The notes beneath the pieces were generated by a model that saw only the letters and a program-made list of their open reading frames with translations, was not told the DNA's origin and made no database searches. Source: Eledone cirrhosa (lineage: Eukaryota). Taken from it: a DNA stretch of 64,000 nt. Shown piece after piece: positions 14,412 to 29,104 of this stretch. The DNA lies in NCBI GenBank assembly GCA_964016885.1, contig OZ024743.1, positions 377,580,001 to 377,644,000 of the forward strand, given 5' to 3'. Position numbers and translations under genes: made by a program. How positions within the stretch are numbered: the stretch's first letter is position 1; every line of letters begins with the position of its first letter.

Positions 14412-14733
14412 AGATATCGTTTAAGTATGGACCTATAACTGATGGTGAAGTCGTAGGGGCGGTGTAGCGACATACATCTTGGGTGTTTCTAGGTGAAGCC
14501 CATCCCTCTCTAGGTGGAGATATCGTTTAAGTATGGACCTATAACTGATGGTGAAGTCGTAGGGGCGGTGTAGCGACATACATCTTGGGTGTTTCTAGGT
14601 GAAGCCCATCCCTCTCTAGGTGGAGATATCGTTTAAGTATGGACCTATAACTGATGGTGAAGTCGTAGGGGCGGTGTAGCGACATACATCTTGGGTGTTT
14701 CTAGGTGAAGCCCATCCCTCTCTAGGTGGAGAT
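14412..14733. repeat. Three identical 106-bp tandem units at a SINE tail
   Basis: AGATATCGTTTAAG starts at 14412, 14518 and 14624; AGAT microhomology at 14730. Confidence 0.95.
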
Positions 14734-14960
14734 GCAGCCACTTTCTTCCAAAGAAGAAAGAGAGAGAGATGGAGAGGAAGTGAGAGATATAGAGAGGAAG
14801 AATTAACACAAGTACTGACCTGGTACATTTTTCATCAACCTCAAAAGAATGAAAAGTAAAGCTGACTTCAGAGGGATTATAACAGAATGCAAAGAGCCGG
14901 AGTGAATACCGCAATGCATTCTATCTGACACTCTAACAACTTTACCATTCGCCACCCTTG
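14730..14960 (-). mobile_element. tRNA-derived SINE with extended tail
   Basis: Degenerate head/body of the family at 52537-52722; related tails near 27540, 41900 and 47240. Confidence 0.65.
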
Positions 14961-15294
14961 CACATATATGAATATTAGCTCTCAATCCTACTGATATGCT
15001 TTCCCTAGCTTTCTGTTTCAAGACAAAACCCATTAAGAATGTCTTCACAAGATATTACACAGTATAACCTTACATAACCATGTAATCTTAGTTTTACACT
15101 GACATCTACGAGATAAAGAAAAAAGAAATTTACTATCAGCTTTCCCTATCTCTTAAACTCTGCCAAGATTGCTTTACCAAAAATATTAAGATTGGCTACA
15201 CAAATTTATTCCTAATGATCCGTGTTAGTTAACATCAAAATTTTAATACATCGAGATACAACAGTCTTCTCCTCCTGCCCCTATACACACACTC

Positions 15295-15329
<35 letters not shown>

Positions 15330-15470
15330 TACTTATATGTGTAAATAGCAGTAGTAGTAGTAATAAATAAAAAGACCAAAATCCAGAAAGGACTCGATAA
15401 GAGTTATGTATGTGTGTGTGTGTGTGTATATATATATATTTATGTAACTATATATAAATCCATAGAGCAA

Positions 15471-15608
15471 ATATTTATTATTAGCACAGATTACAAGTTT
15501 AAGCAAACAATTTCTGCTTTCGCCCTATTACACGATCTTCTGAGTGTTAGATCTTGTAAAAGGGTGGAAGCAGAAATTATTTGCTTAAACTTGGTGCTAA
15601 TAAATATA
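15471..15608. repeat. Palindromic foldback element (about 140 bp)
   Basis: CAAGTTTAAGCAAACAATTTCTGCTTTCGCCCT pairs with AGGGTGGAAGCAGAAATTATTTGCTTAAACTTG; a related arm lies near 53090-53130. Confidence 0.8.
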
Positions 15609-15800
15609 TATATATTCTAAATTTGATCTTTGATATCTAAAGACATACGGCTGTAAAATATTGCCTCAATAAGGACCCCATGGTGAATATGAAGTATGTT
15701 ATGGAGCCCCCACAAGGCCAATACCAACATTAGCAAGGGAAATGGCTTGAAAATGCTTGTTGATTGGATTATATCTAACAGAGAAAATATACTATAATAA

Positions 15801-16108
15801 GAATATTTTTGTAAATAAACACTGGAGCGACATAGGAGTTGAAATATGTTTAGAAATGAAGAAAAACTTAACTGCAGGATAATAGCCATGAAAAGAGCTA
15901 TAGAAAATCAGGTAAAAATAACCCTGAAGATAGAAACTGTGACCAGCAGCCGCTACAGAAATAGTTTCTCTGGCCACTTCTTCCGTCTTTAGGGGTATTT
16001 TACCTGATTTTCAGTAGGTTTTCACAGCTATCCTGTGTTCAAGATTTTCATTTCTAAAAATATTTCAACTCATTCGTCGCTCCATTGTTTGTTTACAAAA
16101 GAATATTC
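15801..16108. repeat. Imperfect foldback element, arms of about 150 bp
   Basis: GAATATTTTTGTAAATAAACACTGGAGCGA..AAAATCAGGTAAAAATA mirrors TATTTTACCTGATTTT..TCGCTCCATTGTTTGTTTACAAAAGAATATTC. Confidence 0.85.
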
Positions 16109-19100
16109 TCACATTTGAAAAAGCTAATATTTAGCATTATAAAAGACAGTATCTATACTATAATATTTAAAGACTTAATTTTTAACTTGAAATCCTAACA
16201 CATAACTACTTCTTAAGACATTCTAGATCAATAAGTTCTAAAATAAAATAGAAAAAAAAATTTTTTTTTCACAACTGTTTACCTTAGGATAAGATTTTGT
16301 GAGGACAGCTGCAAATATATTTTATAGAATTCTTTCTAGCAGAGGCATAAAGCCAGCAATTTGAAGAACGGGGGAAGTTAATATATCGACTCCAGTATTT
16401 ACTGGTACTTTATTTAATCAACTCCAAAAGAATGTAAGGCAAAGTTAACCTTGGCAGGGTTTGAACTCAGAATGTAAAGGGCCATAACTAAATACCACAA
16501 AGCATTTTGTCCGACACTCCACTGATACTGATAATCCACAGCCATATATATATATATTTTATGGAATAATGAAAACAGTTTATATACCATTTTTTATTTT
16601 AACAAGCTAAGTTAACTTTTAAATATTTATTGGGTTAACATTTTTTTGGTATATTTATTTCAAATATAACCAATTTTATGAAATAAAGTTAATAGATTGA
16701 ATAGCTCCAATCTTTTAAAAAATATACATAAAAACATTCATTTATTGCAGAGAAAGGTCTTAAACCGGTTTTCAGTTGAATATTTGACTAAATAAACATA
16801 ACTAAATAAATTTTAGCTTAGTGCAATTTTAAATTTGATTAAGTCGTCGTTTTAATGGTATTCATAGTATTTTAAAACTTGGCAATATAAAAGCATGTTA
16901 GTATAATTTACATTTACTGCAAACTAAGCTATATTATTTGAAAATTCCGATAAATTTTAACTTATATTTATACAAACCAAGTAAAGTATATTTACAAACA
17001 TCCTTGATTTGTTTTTTAGGGAGGGTAGAAGGCCTTCTTATAAAGAATACATTTAAAATTTGTCAAAATTGTAAAAATTAAAAAATATTGTTGATATTCA
17101 CTAAATCTATCTATAAATATTTAAAAGCTATGAAATAAATATTTCTATTTTCAGGTTGTTATTCACATAATTTAAGACTAGCTGTAGGCATACATATTTG
17201 ACTTAATTAATCAAGCAAATAATTAATTGCTGTGTTGTAAATAGCATCTAAAAAAAAAACAAATAGAGTAAAATGGTTTTCTGTGGAAATCTCATGGCAT
17301 TAGATGATTAAAAACAGAATATTTTATGTAGACTATTCAAAGGAAATATTTAATCAGTTCTTTAAAGAGTCAAGTCTTTAACTTTGCTAAAGAATCAAAT
17401 ATCCAAGACATTAAGAAGAGATGCGAAACACAACCAAACATCAAATAAAATCTGTGTAATATATTTTACAAGAGAATATTTAGATAATCTTAAGTCACAA
17501 GAAAACCTCCGACTAGTTTACAACTAAAATGATTAAATAAATGTATATTTTATAAAACACAACTAATTCAGAAAGATATGAAAATAATTTGGTCATTAAG
17601 AGCACACAACTTTATTCTTCATTCTTTTCCATTTATAAAGGAATTTAACTACTGAGTCTCTTAATCCTCTTGGAAACAAATCATTATTAACATGAAAAAA
17701 AAAATTTCATCCCCTGCTCTCCACCAGTTTATATTTAACAAATGATTATATATATATATATATATATATATATACTCAGCCACTGCACTCGCTATTTAAC
17801 TATTACGTGTGCACTCTGAACATCAAGATGCAGTATCACAACTGCAACCTTATTGATTCATTAAGTGAGTCGTGGCCGGAGATCACTGAAATAACATCAG
17901 TGACATTCGTCAACCTTGTATGTATGTATGTATGTATATATATATATATATATGTATATATAGAGAGAGAAACCAATGATGCTTACACAGGGAATGCTAA
18001 AAGTAACCAGTGTCTTCTGTTTCTTTCTAAATACAAAATATGTATATTTTAGTCTGGAAATTCTAACAAATAATATATATTTGTCTTTGAAAATCTTCCA
18101 GTGATTGGATTGAATTTTATCCTAAGTTTTATTTTCTAAGATCATTTTTGAATTATTGTCTAAGATGAAAAATAATGAAGTTATGGAAAAAAAGAAAAAA
18201 ATGTTTCTCTTCATTTTCAGCATTTCTCGCATTTCAAAGTTCTTTGATAAAAATTTAATTAAATTTCTATAACAGTAACAAGCCTAGAAAATGAAAATAA
18301 AATCAGGTATCTAAAAGTAAATAGATATTTTCTCCCTCTTATGTGTACACACACACACACACACAATTGTATTGAGGAAAAATTAACTTAAAAACTGTAA
18401 CAAGAGCAACCTGTGGAAATTCAGGAGATAATTGCAATCAGATTAAGGAAGAGAAATAAAAGACAAATATAATTTGCAAACATCACTTCCAGAAAATAAA
18501 GAAATGCTAAAAGAAATAATTTCAAAAAGATTCTTCCTATTTTATTACAGAAGAACAAAGAATTATTTGTAAATAATTCAAACTGTTGCAGGTTCCTTAC
18601 CAGACTGATTAAAAACACAATTGATTTCTAGACATAACATTTCCACTGTGGAAAATGAGGTAAGATTCTCTTCCAAAGAGGTAATATTCTCGCCAGTTAA
18701 TATTGTGCCACCAACAGCAACACATCAAACCCATATTACAATAAAATGATTTCTAATTTAGGCACAAAACCAACAATTTGTGAGGAGGAGGAGGAGTCAA
18801 TAACATCAATCTTAGTATGTGACTAGTACTTTATTTTATCAACTCCTCAAAAGGATGAAAGGCAAAGCTGACCTCGGAACAAAGGGCCGTAACTAAATGC
18901 AGCAAAGCATTTTGTCTGATGCTTTAACAACTGCCAATCCACCAAGCATATTACTATAATAACTGAACATTTCCACTGTGGAAAATGATATGTTCTACTG
19001 AGGAGGTAAGATTCTCTCCAGTTAATATTATGCCATCGACAGCAACCTATCAAACTCATATTACAATATTAATGATTTCTAATTTAGGCACAAGGCCAAC

Positions 19101-22100
19101 AATTATCCCAGTGCATTACTGGTACGATTTTTAATTTAGGCACAAGGCCAACAATTATATTTATTCTAATATTCTAAAGAAAAAGTATTTTGTATCCTAA
19201 TCTCTAAATTTGAGTGGCATAAAACCTCAGGTTCCAGAATAGTTCCACATGGTTGAACATGGGAGGAATAAAATGCAATAAATAATACTTTAACCCTTTA
19301 TCATTTAAACCAGCCATATCTGTTCAAATCAACTGTAACCAGCTGTTCATACTTATTTATTTTGAGAATACCTTAACATAACATCAAAATCTCGTAGATT
19401 TGATATTTTGTGAGATAAAATGATTACCATGAAAATACAATAGTAAATATAGAGTAATGTAAATGCTAAAAGGGTTAACCTGCTCCTGGGATCTATGATA
19501 CCAAACTATTTGTTTTTAACTTAGCATTTATCTAAAAAAAAAACCTTCAGTCATAATTTTATGAAGAACCTTTAAGTTATGCTTCAAACAACTTATTTAT
19601 GAACTAGTTATATTATTAAATATCTCAAATTTCTTGATATATTCAAAATGATTTGAAAATCATAGACAGTATCTTTCATTAGAAATATGGTAATGAAGGG
19701 GTTAAAGTCCTTAAATCACACACAAAGACACTAATATCATTATTTTTACAATTTATATGTTTTGTTTTGTTTTTTTAAGTGTGGCCCCCAAATTAAATTT
19801 TTCCCATTCTAATGAATACAAAAGTATGAAAAGTTAAAATAGAAAACATATTTAGTCAAACTATTTCAATAAAGGAATGTTCGTTTCTAATTTAAACACA
19901 AAGCCAGCAAAGTTGATTATATCAACCCTAGTACTTGACTTATACTTTATTTTATTGACCCTGAAAGGTTGAAAGGCAAAGTTGACCTTGGTGGGATTTG
20001 AACTCAGAATGTAAAGAGCTGGAACAAATACCACATTAGCATTTTGATGCTCTACCAATTTTCCCAATCCACCAACAACCCACATGTTTCTACAAATATT
20101 GGTTTCTGATTTAGGCGTAAGGCCAGCAAATACCACAATAGCATATTATCTGACTTTCTACCACTACTGCCAATCCACCACCCTTTATTTCAATATATAG
20201 TATACTGCACCTGCAATATCTTCAATGATTTTCCCCAACAAACAGACTATCTCATGTATTAGATACTATCAAATACGCACCCAGTTATCAGGAAACAAGT
20301 TACCTTTAACTTATTTTCTAAGTAAAACTCTCCTTAAAACAATAATAATGAAACTCATTTCTAAATGATTGCCATTGATAGTAATTTCCTTAGTATATAT
20401 TTTTATATATATATATACACACATACAGTGAGGCATATATATGTGTGTGTGTGTGTATATATTTGTATCGACAGTCGATATATATGTGTGTATGTGTGTG
20501 TGTGTGTGTGTGTGTTTTTAGAACCACTCATATATTTAAAACAAGAAGGAAATCTGACCAATTTGGGAAAGAATGAAACCAAATGCATAGTTAACCAAGG
20601 ACCTAGCTGTACCAAAACATTACTATTATTATTGACTGAGAAGAAATGCAAAGTAGATGACAACAGCTGAAAAAATACAGAACAATAAAATGTCTAAAAA
20701 AAACTAAAACATCAAGCAATAAAGAAGTTTCAAATCAAAGACTATACAGAAAAAAGATATAAGAAAAAGAATTGAAAATTTCTAAGACTGTATTGAAAAT
20801 TTTAACTCTTAGAAGATACATAAAATCGTTTTTTGTTTTGTTTTTTTTTAATAATTTTAACATCAAGACTGTCAGATTAGAAACAAGGGGGCAAGGGATA
20901 CCACCAGAGACCAATTTCTTAATTTTTTTTTATATCAAGGCTTAAAATCAAAATGAATAATTTTTATGTCATCATAATTAGAATCACCCCCAAGCCCTTC
21001 AAAAAAAAAAAAAAAAAAAATTAAAATGAAAAAGGGAGTGGGAAGAGAAAACCAAACTCCACACTACAATTAAGATTGTAAACAAACAAACAAATCATTA
21101 ATTTCTAGCTTTTAATAAGTAATTAATATGATTACCAATTCTAAACTGATATGTAGTTAACAAAATGGAATCTAGTAAAAATAATGTTAGAAAATGTAAT
21201 AAATAAAATGGGTTTATTTTTTGGGGGGTTTTTCAAACTAGTGTTTAAAATTTAATGTACAAAAAATAATTCCGACCATATTCTGGGAAATTTCATGAAA
21301 GGCAGTTCCTTCATGCAAGAAGTATGGTACTTATATAGCTTTTGTGGATTTATTTGTTTTTAAATTGAAAAAAAAGGGGATAATTAAAATAATTTTTATG
21401 CAGCTTTCGAAGTAATTTTTTAAAAATTATTATTATTATTATTATTATTATTGGTATGTTTTTCTGTACATTTAAAAAAAAAAATGTGTTTAAAAGTGAA
21501 ACTAATACACAAAATGCTTGATATCATAACTAATTTTTTAAAAACTAAAATAAATAAATCATAAATAAAAAAAAAAGGCTAATTACAGAAAAAGAAATGA
21601 AACAAAACACAAAACGTTTTAGTTTATTCAACTTAAGATTTTGGTTGATGCACATAATTTATTAAATAATAATGGTTTCTAATTTAGGCACAAGGCCAGG
21701 GGAATGCCAATTAAATCAACACCAGTGTTTGACTGGTACTATATTTTATCGAATTCAAATGTGTGAAAGGTAAAGCTAAGCTTGATGGGATTTGAATTCA
21801 GAATGTAAAGAATCAAAACAAATGATTTCTTTATTAGCCACATATGGCTCACATTAAGGAAACTAATAATAAGGAAACTAATAATAATAATAATGATAAT
21901 GATTTAATAATAATTTATATGGAAAACTTATTTCATGTGGAATCTAACAAATTTTGGTAATTAAATCTTTTTTAAAATTCTTTTAACAGCAGATATTAAC
22001 ATAAATATTAGTAGAAGGTAGAGAAAGTTACTAAATGAAGAGTTAAATTAAATATTTCACATTAAGTAAGTTTGTTCGGATCTCCAAGGTGAAATGTAAA

Positions 22101-22920
22101 AAATATTATCTATCTCTAATTAATGAAAAAAATATCAAACGAGAAAAAAAAAATTGTTTAAATTAGACATTGGATAAGGAAATTTGTAAATAATTTATTT
22201 AGATTAATTTCTCCCAGAAAGAGTAACATTTTTGCAGTCAACCCTAATTGTTTAACAAATCAGAAACTAATAAAAAAAAAAAAAAGGAGGATAGGAAGTT
22301 TACACCAGAGTGGGGTGAGGGTATACTGGAGAACTAAAAATACTTGTATACTAACACAGTATTATTAAATTGTCAATATAAAAAGATGAGAGAAACAGAA
22401 AAATGACCAATTTTGATATTTGTAAAGAAAACAAATTAAATTGAATTAGCAAAAGCAAATTTTGTTTTTAATAATATTTACACTGTAAAATTCTTTATTA
22501 TTATTATCATTATTTTATTTATTTTTAGTTTTGTTTTTTGGAATTCAGTTGTTCAATAGTAAGAGGAATAAAAAATATATGCAAGAGAGAGAAGGAGAGA
22601 AAGATAGGCAGAGAATGAGAAAGTAGTGTAAAAACTTCATTAAAACTTGTAGTTAATGAGAAATGAGCAGTATTTTAAGCTAGACATTACAGGAGAAGGG
22701 AAGAAAAATCTATTTCTACCCACCCTGCCTCTTTCATTTCACAACTAAAATTTTGGAATGAAACAAAAATAAATATATAAATATAAATAATAATAATAAT
22801 GTTTAAGCTAAAAGTTTTAGAATTCCATATTGAAATCATTTATTGAATTAGCAAGGAGAATAATAATAATGATAAAAAAACATTTAACAAAATAATAATA
22901 ATAGTAATAATAATAATAAT

Positions 22921-23018
22921 AATTGTTTCTACATTTGGCACAAGGCCAGCAATTACCCAGTACATTACTGGTACTGTACTGGGTAATTGCTGGCCTTGTG
23001 CCAAATGTAGAAACAATT
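22921..23018. repeat. Perfect 44-bp inverted repeat of two SINE 3' ends (10-nt loop)
   Basis: 22921-22964 is the exact reverse complement of 22975-23018. Confidence 0.95.
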
Positions 23019-25195
23019 ATTATTATTATAATAATAATAATAAGGGCTTCTAATTTTAGGCACAAGGCCAGCAATTTCGTAAGGAAAAGGGAGAGGAAAA
23101 AGTTGATTACATCAACCTCCAGTGCTTGACTGGTACTTTATTTTATCAACCATGGAAGGATGAAAGACAAAGTTGACCTTGGCAGGATTTGAACTCATAA
23201 AGTAAAGAGCTGGATGAAAACTGCAAAGCATTTGTCCTCCAATGCTCCAACAAATCTGCCAATCCACTGCCCTAATAATAATAATAGAGGAATTTTAAAT
23301 GAAATCTTAAACATGAACATGATCACAAAAGCTTTCTGAACAATACATACATACATACCTACATCCATACATCCATACATCCATATATATATATACATGC
23401 ATATATATATTATGCACATACATATAAATTATGCATATATATAAAGTTTATATGATATATATATATACAAAAAACACTAAAGTATGTTTCCATATATATA
23501 AACTATCATCTTTTTCCTAACAAACAAAATTATAATTAACAGAACATATATATTTTTCTGAACAAATGATTTATGAATGTAAAGGTTACTCAAGGTCACA
23601 AAAATTATGGGGATTTTCTTTCTTTTTCTTTTATTTTTTTGTTGTTGTTTTGTGACTGGAATGATTTCAACAGTAGTTTCTCGCTAATCTAAGATAGATA
23701 GCAGAGAAATTGGGAGCACTGATAAATTCACGGCTGATTTTGTTTCAGAGTGTGGGGAATGCGGGGGAGGTCAAGGACACATAACAGCAAAGTCAATTGG
23801 GGAGATGGGTAGGAGTAGGAAAAAAAACGACTAATGTAGAAAAAAAAAGGATAAAACAAAATAAATGTTGGGGAAAGGGGGAGAGAATGAGAGAGAGAGA
23901 GAATATGTTAAGATATATTTCTACTAAGAAGATAAGAAGAATTGTTGCTTTTGCAGTTTTACATTGAATGATTTTTTGCGATATAAGTGAAATATTCATC
24001 ATTAGGTAAGCTAGCTAAGGTATATAGTGTAGAAAATGGTTAAAAAAAAAAAAGGAAAAAAAAGAAAAAATTGGAAAAAAGATCGGCAGAAATAAAAGAT
24101 AAATAAATAAAATATATATATATAAATAAACTCAAAAATTCAAAGAGATGACTCCTTTGTGAAAAGAATAGGCTCCCAGCCAGTACACCATTTAAAAAAT
24201 TCTATTGCTAATCTACAAAATCCTATTTTAATTCTGTACAAAGGGCGCATTGCAATGTTTTTTTTTTAATAATTTAAAATAAATTTTTTAATATTTTCAA
24301 TTGGAGCATTCAGTTTACCTTAAAACTAAATTTATAATTATAATTCAACAGCAATTGTTTAAATGTCTTTTAAAAGGGAATACATATCTTTATATTTTTG
24401 TTAATGCCCCTTATTCTAAGGTGTTTTGGGGAGAACAAAGATTAATATAGGAACTGAAGAAGAATCACATTTCAAGATGTAAAAAGTCTTAAAATCTAAA
24501 CCTACCAATTAAAGAATTTTGGTGCCAATTTTATATTTTTCAGGAATATATGAATAAATTATAAATTTTAGAAGGAAGTTTTAAAATTGCGAAATATTTT
24601 CATTTGTATACTGACTACAGAATATGTCACATTCTAATTATTTAGTAATTAAGTAGAAAATAATTGAGATAAAATTAAATAGAAAAAAATCTTAAAATCT
24701 AGATGATTCAAGATATATTTCGTAGGAAGTTTTAAATAACAGCTCAACATGTAAACAAGCTAGACTCTCGCCTGTCTTTCTAGTCGTAGATCTATACTTA
24801 AATTTTTTTTAAATTTTATTTAAAAAAAAGTGTTTATTAATCAAGATTATGGGAGAATGTCTTCAAATTAAAATTGTAGTTTAAGAATTATTATTTAAAG
24901 TATGAAGCAGTATCTTCATAAAATATGGAAAATGTGTTGTTGTTATGTTATGTTTTGCTGCATAAAAATTCAGTTGTGTTGTGAAGAATGTTCACAACCA
25001 CAGATGTAGGCTGTTCGACCAGACACCAAAAGATCAGCAGTGAGGTTCAGTGTTTTACAAACATATATAAGATCCAATAAACATGGATATATATATATAT
25101 TCTGTATCATTATCATCAAGAACTGCGGCATTTGTTCAGTAGGATGTAAATGACCCAAGGCCTGTTAACGCCAAAACAGTATGTTTAGAAGATAA

Positions 25196-25393
25196 CTAAC
25201 TCTGTGAACTAGGGTCACACTGCAACAGTCGTACAATCGACGGATCACTTTTTGCTCCTTCAATAAATTCAGCCAGAGATAATTTTCCATCCAAATTTTT
25301 GTCCATTTGACGAAATATCTTGTCTGTTCGTTTTTCAGGGGTTGACTCATCTTCGGGCATTTTCATGACCGTTCCCACCATTTTGTAGATGGC
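25196..25393 (-). CDS. NCALD: Neurocalcin/hippocalcin-like gene, last coding exon (65 aa + stop)
   Basis: Pyrimidine tract + AG acceptor (25395-25394), then [65 protein letters not shown]. Joins exon 1 in frame to give 191 aa with EF4 [12 protein letters not shown]. Confidence 0.96.
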   Translation of the reverse strand, partial: AIYKMVGTVMKMPEDESTPEKRTDKIFRQMDKNLDGKLSLAEFIEGAKSDPSIVRLLQCDPSSQS

Positions 25394-25489
25394 CTAGAAT
25401 AAAGTAGAAATAAAAAAAAGAAAGAAAAGTAAAACATTATGTGTATGCATATATGTAGATGTGTGTTTGTGTGTGTATGTATGTATGTG

Positions 25490-25551
<62 letters not shown>

Positions 25552-26162
25552 CTTACATACACACTCACACACATACAAATATATATATATATATATAAAT
25601 AAATAAATAAATACATATATGCCTTAACTAGAACATAAATAAATCTAAATCAAACCCATGTTATACACGAACTGAAGCAAACAAACTATAATTCTATGAT
25701 CAACTCCACAAGAGACATATGTCTGCTGGGCACACAAGCAATAGGACGTCTGTTTTTTTCTGCCAGCGACATATCAAACATATCAGATATCATTTGAGGA
25801 AACCGTTCTCATAACAACAGCAAATGCATGAAGGACATCTCGATTACATGGAGAACCGTGGAAATAATTATAATTGTTTCTACTTTTGGCACAAGGCCAG
25901 CAATTACCCAGTACATTACTGGTATAATGATTAAACGATATATGTAACCTCAGCATCTTATTTTGTTATTTTTATAAAAATCTCCATCGTAACTAAAACC
26001 TACGATTGTTGAGAGCTTTCTCTTGCTTACTCCCGTTTTTAACAAAACAATCTCTTCTGAACATATATATATATATATATTATGCCATGTGTATCCCGGT
26101 TATTTAGAAAAGGTACATCATAGCCCTGCATGTTGTAGGAGGTGATTCAAAGGGTTGGCGGC

Positions 26163-26278
26163 AATATTTACCTATTTACTTAGAGCGTCCCTCCCTACTA
26201 TGCTTTCGTTGAGTAAAACTCAGCATTTTACTGAATGAAATTGCAGTAATGATGCTCTAAATAAATAGGTAAATATTT
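26163..26278. repeat. Palindromic foldback element (about 116 bp)
   Basis: AATATTTACCTATTTACTTAGAGCGTC pairs with GATGCTCTAAATAAATAGGTAAATATT, plus an inner stem. Confidence 0.75.
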
Positions 26279-28639
26279 CTTTATTTTATTTGCATTTCCC
26301 AAATATAATTTTATTATGCTCTGAGTAATTGATTCTTAATTCCTTCATTGAGCAAAATTGGTGTCTGTTGGACTCCCCATATGTATGTCTATACTTGTGT
26401 ATACATGTATATATCTTCAGTATATACATGTATACACACATTATGCATGTATATATATATATATATATATACTCCATTCCAGTTACTATGCAATAAATGT
26501 TGGTGTTACCATGTTTAGAACACCATAGTTACATATTGGATGGTCTCAACTATATGTAATTACAATTAGTTTTGAACTGTACAAGAGTAGAACGTGAATA
26601 AACTTGTTAAATTTCACTCTCCAATTTTTGTATTACATATACATACACACAAACACACACACACATTATATACACACACACACACACACATTTGTACATT
26701 ATATGAGATATATATCAACATAAAAAAATTAAAACCATTTTATCTTAATTACACCTTGTTAATTACATTCACATATAGCTGGTATCTTAAATTGCCAACC
26801 CTGGTGATAATGGGTTCTTACAAAGATGAAATATGAACTATTTTATAGCTTAGTTTCCTTTCCGCTATTGTCATTAATTATCAAGTCAACATAATAACAG
26901 GATTGTTCCTGAATAACAAGTTTTATATAAAAACACAATGGAAGCATTGGAATTTCTCACATTTAGGTCAGAAATCATGTAACATATATGATTATGTCAA
27001 TAAATTACAATTTCTCTCATATCAGTTTTAAGCATGTCAGTGGCTGAGTATTCCATAAATGTGTACTTTTAATGTAATTCTCAGGGAGATTCAGCACAAT
27101 ACAGTGTATGACCAAGGCTGAACCTTTTGAATTACCTGCTTCTAGAGTAAGTCACCAACCGGTGGTCTGTAGCAATTTATTTTTAGGCTTAGGATGGTTA
27201 GAATTTTTTTATTTAATACCTGTATATATAACTTATCAATTCCAATTACTTGCACTAAGCTAACTTTGATATGTAAAACTGGGGGGGGGGGGGGGGGGGG
27301 GTTCTAATTTTTTTGTGTATCAACACCAACCTGTTTAATCTGATCTCATGACACAGGAAAATGTAACAATAATAAACAAATAAAAAAAAACTTTAAAAAA
27401 TACAAAAAATACTAAATTGTGTTGGCATGTGGTGAGAATAAAGAGCATGTGCAACTTCTGTGACCATGTGAACAGTTCTATGAGAATCAAGAGTGGAAGT
27501 CCAAGAAAACTATTAGTGAGGGGTAGTATTGTATGTATGGACTCATAACTCCTGGTGGAGCTGTAGGGGCACCATAATAACATACAGCGTGCTTTCCAGG
27601 TGGGAACATGGCCAATTTCTTCCAGGAAAGGAGCGTGAGTGAGAGAGAGAGCGGGGAAATGAGAATGAGAGAGAGAGAGAGGAAGAATCAACCCCTGTAC
27701 TGAACTGGTACTTTCTTTTATCAACCTCGAAAGGATGAAAAACAAAGTTAACCTCAGTAGGATTTGAACACAGAGAGCTAGAATGAATACCACAGTATTC
27801 TATCAAATGCTCGAAAAAACTTTGCCAATTTGATGTAGGAAAATAGTTTACGGTTAAGGGAAACATTAGAACTAACATAAAAATGTGGCCAACAATGACA
27901 TAGAAATGCATGAAGCAAATATCGGTAATTGGTGCATGAAGGTTTCAGAAACCATTCATCCTAGCATCTACGCAACACTATCAGTTTGCAAAATGTATAT
28001 TTATGGGAGGAGGGAAACAAGAAAAACATTCAAAAATCATATCGCTACCATCCTAATAATTGAATAGGGATAAATAAAGGACCAGTGTGAAATTAGTGCA
28101 AGACAGGTCAGTCTCAAGCAAAATATGAATTTAGAGTTAGGGAATAAATTCTGGTACAGGTTGTTTATTTAACTTTCTATGAAGCAGAGGATCCAAGATG
28201 TGTAGTATTGTATATCAGCCAATGGTTTGCTATATATAAACATTACCTTTTAGTCATAGACTAAAAATGAATATCTCCAGTGAAGCATAGGAAAAAACTG
28301 CTTTGTGCCTGATAGTTTGAAAATCTGATCATACAAAAAATGAACCCTGAAAACAAAGAATATATCATATATAATAGGTATTCTTCCATCTGTGAAGTCA
28401 ACTCTTTGAATATCTCAGTTGAAACTGAGCCAAGAAATGTGATGTGTAAAATGGTAGAAGAAATTGGCATAGGCACAGCCTTTCTTGGCATCTACACAGT
28501 CAACAAGGAGATAAGGCTTGGTAAATAGATATATTAACTGAAAAGAAAAAATGAAATTGTCAACTTGATACCATTACTTGTTTTTGTTAATTATTTTTTT
28601 ATGATGATGTCAGGAATAAAGGGTGTATGTGAATATGTA

Positions 28640-28932
28640 TATATACATACATACATATACATATATATATATACACATACATACATACATACATATATAT
28701 ATACACACATACATACATACATATATATATACACACATACATACATACATATATACACACATATACATATATACACACATATACATATATACACATACAT
28801 ATATACACACATATACATATATATATATACACACATATACATACACATATATACACACATATACATATACACACACACATATACATATATATACACATAC
28901 ATACATATATACACATATATACACACGTATAC

Positions 28933-28963
<31 letters not shown>

Positions 28964-29070
28964 TATATATATACATATATGCATATACACATACACATAT
29001 TTATATGTATGTGTGTGTGTATATATATATACATATACATATGTATATGTATACATATATATATATATAA
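28640..29070. repeat. Compound (TA)/(CA)/(TACA)n microsatellite
   Basis: Direct reading. Confidence 0.97.
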
Positions 29071-29104
29071 TATAAGATCAAAAGATGGTTAAAAAAGTTC
29101 CATG

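Noticed and set aside
14412-14733. CRISPR-like appearance of tandem arrays (also 9.4, 43.0, 49.5 kb)
   Set aside because: No unique spacers, no cas genes, eukaryotic context.
28565-29092. Long Y/I/H/T/C/V-rich ORFs
   Set aside because: Microsatellite translation artefacts.
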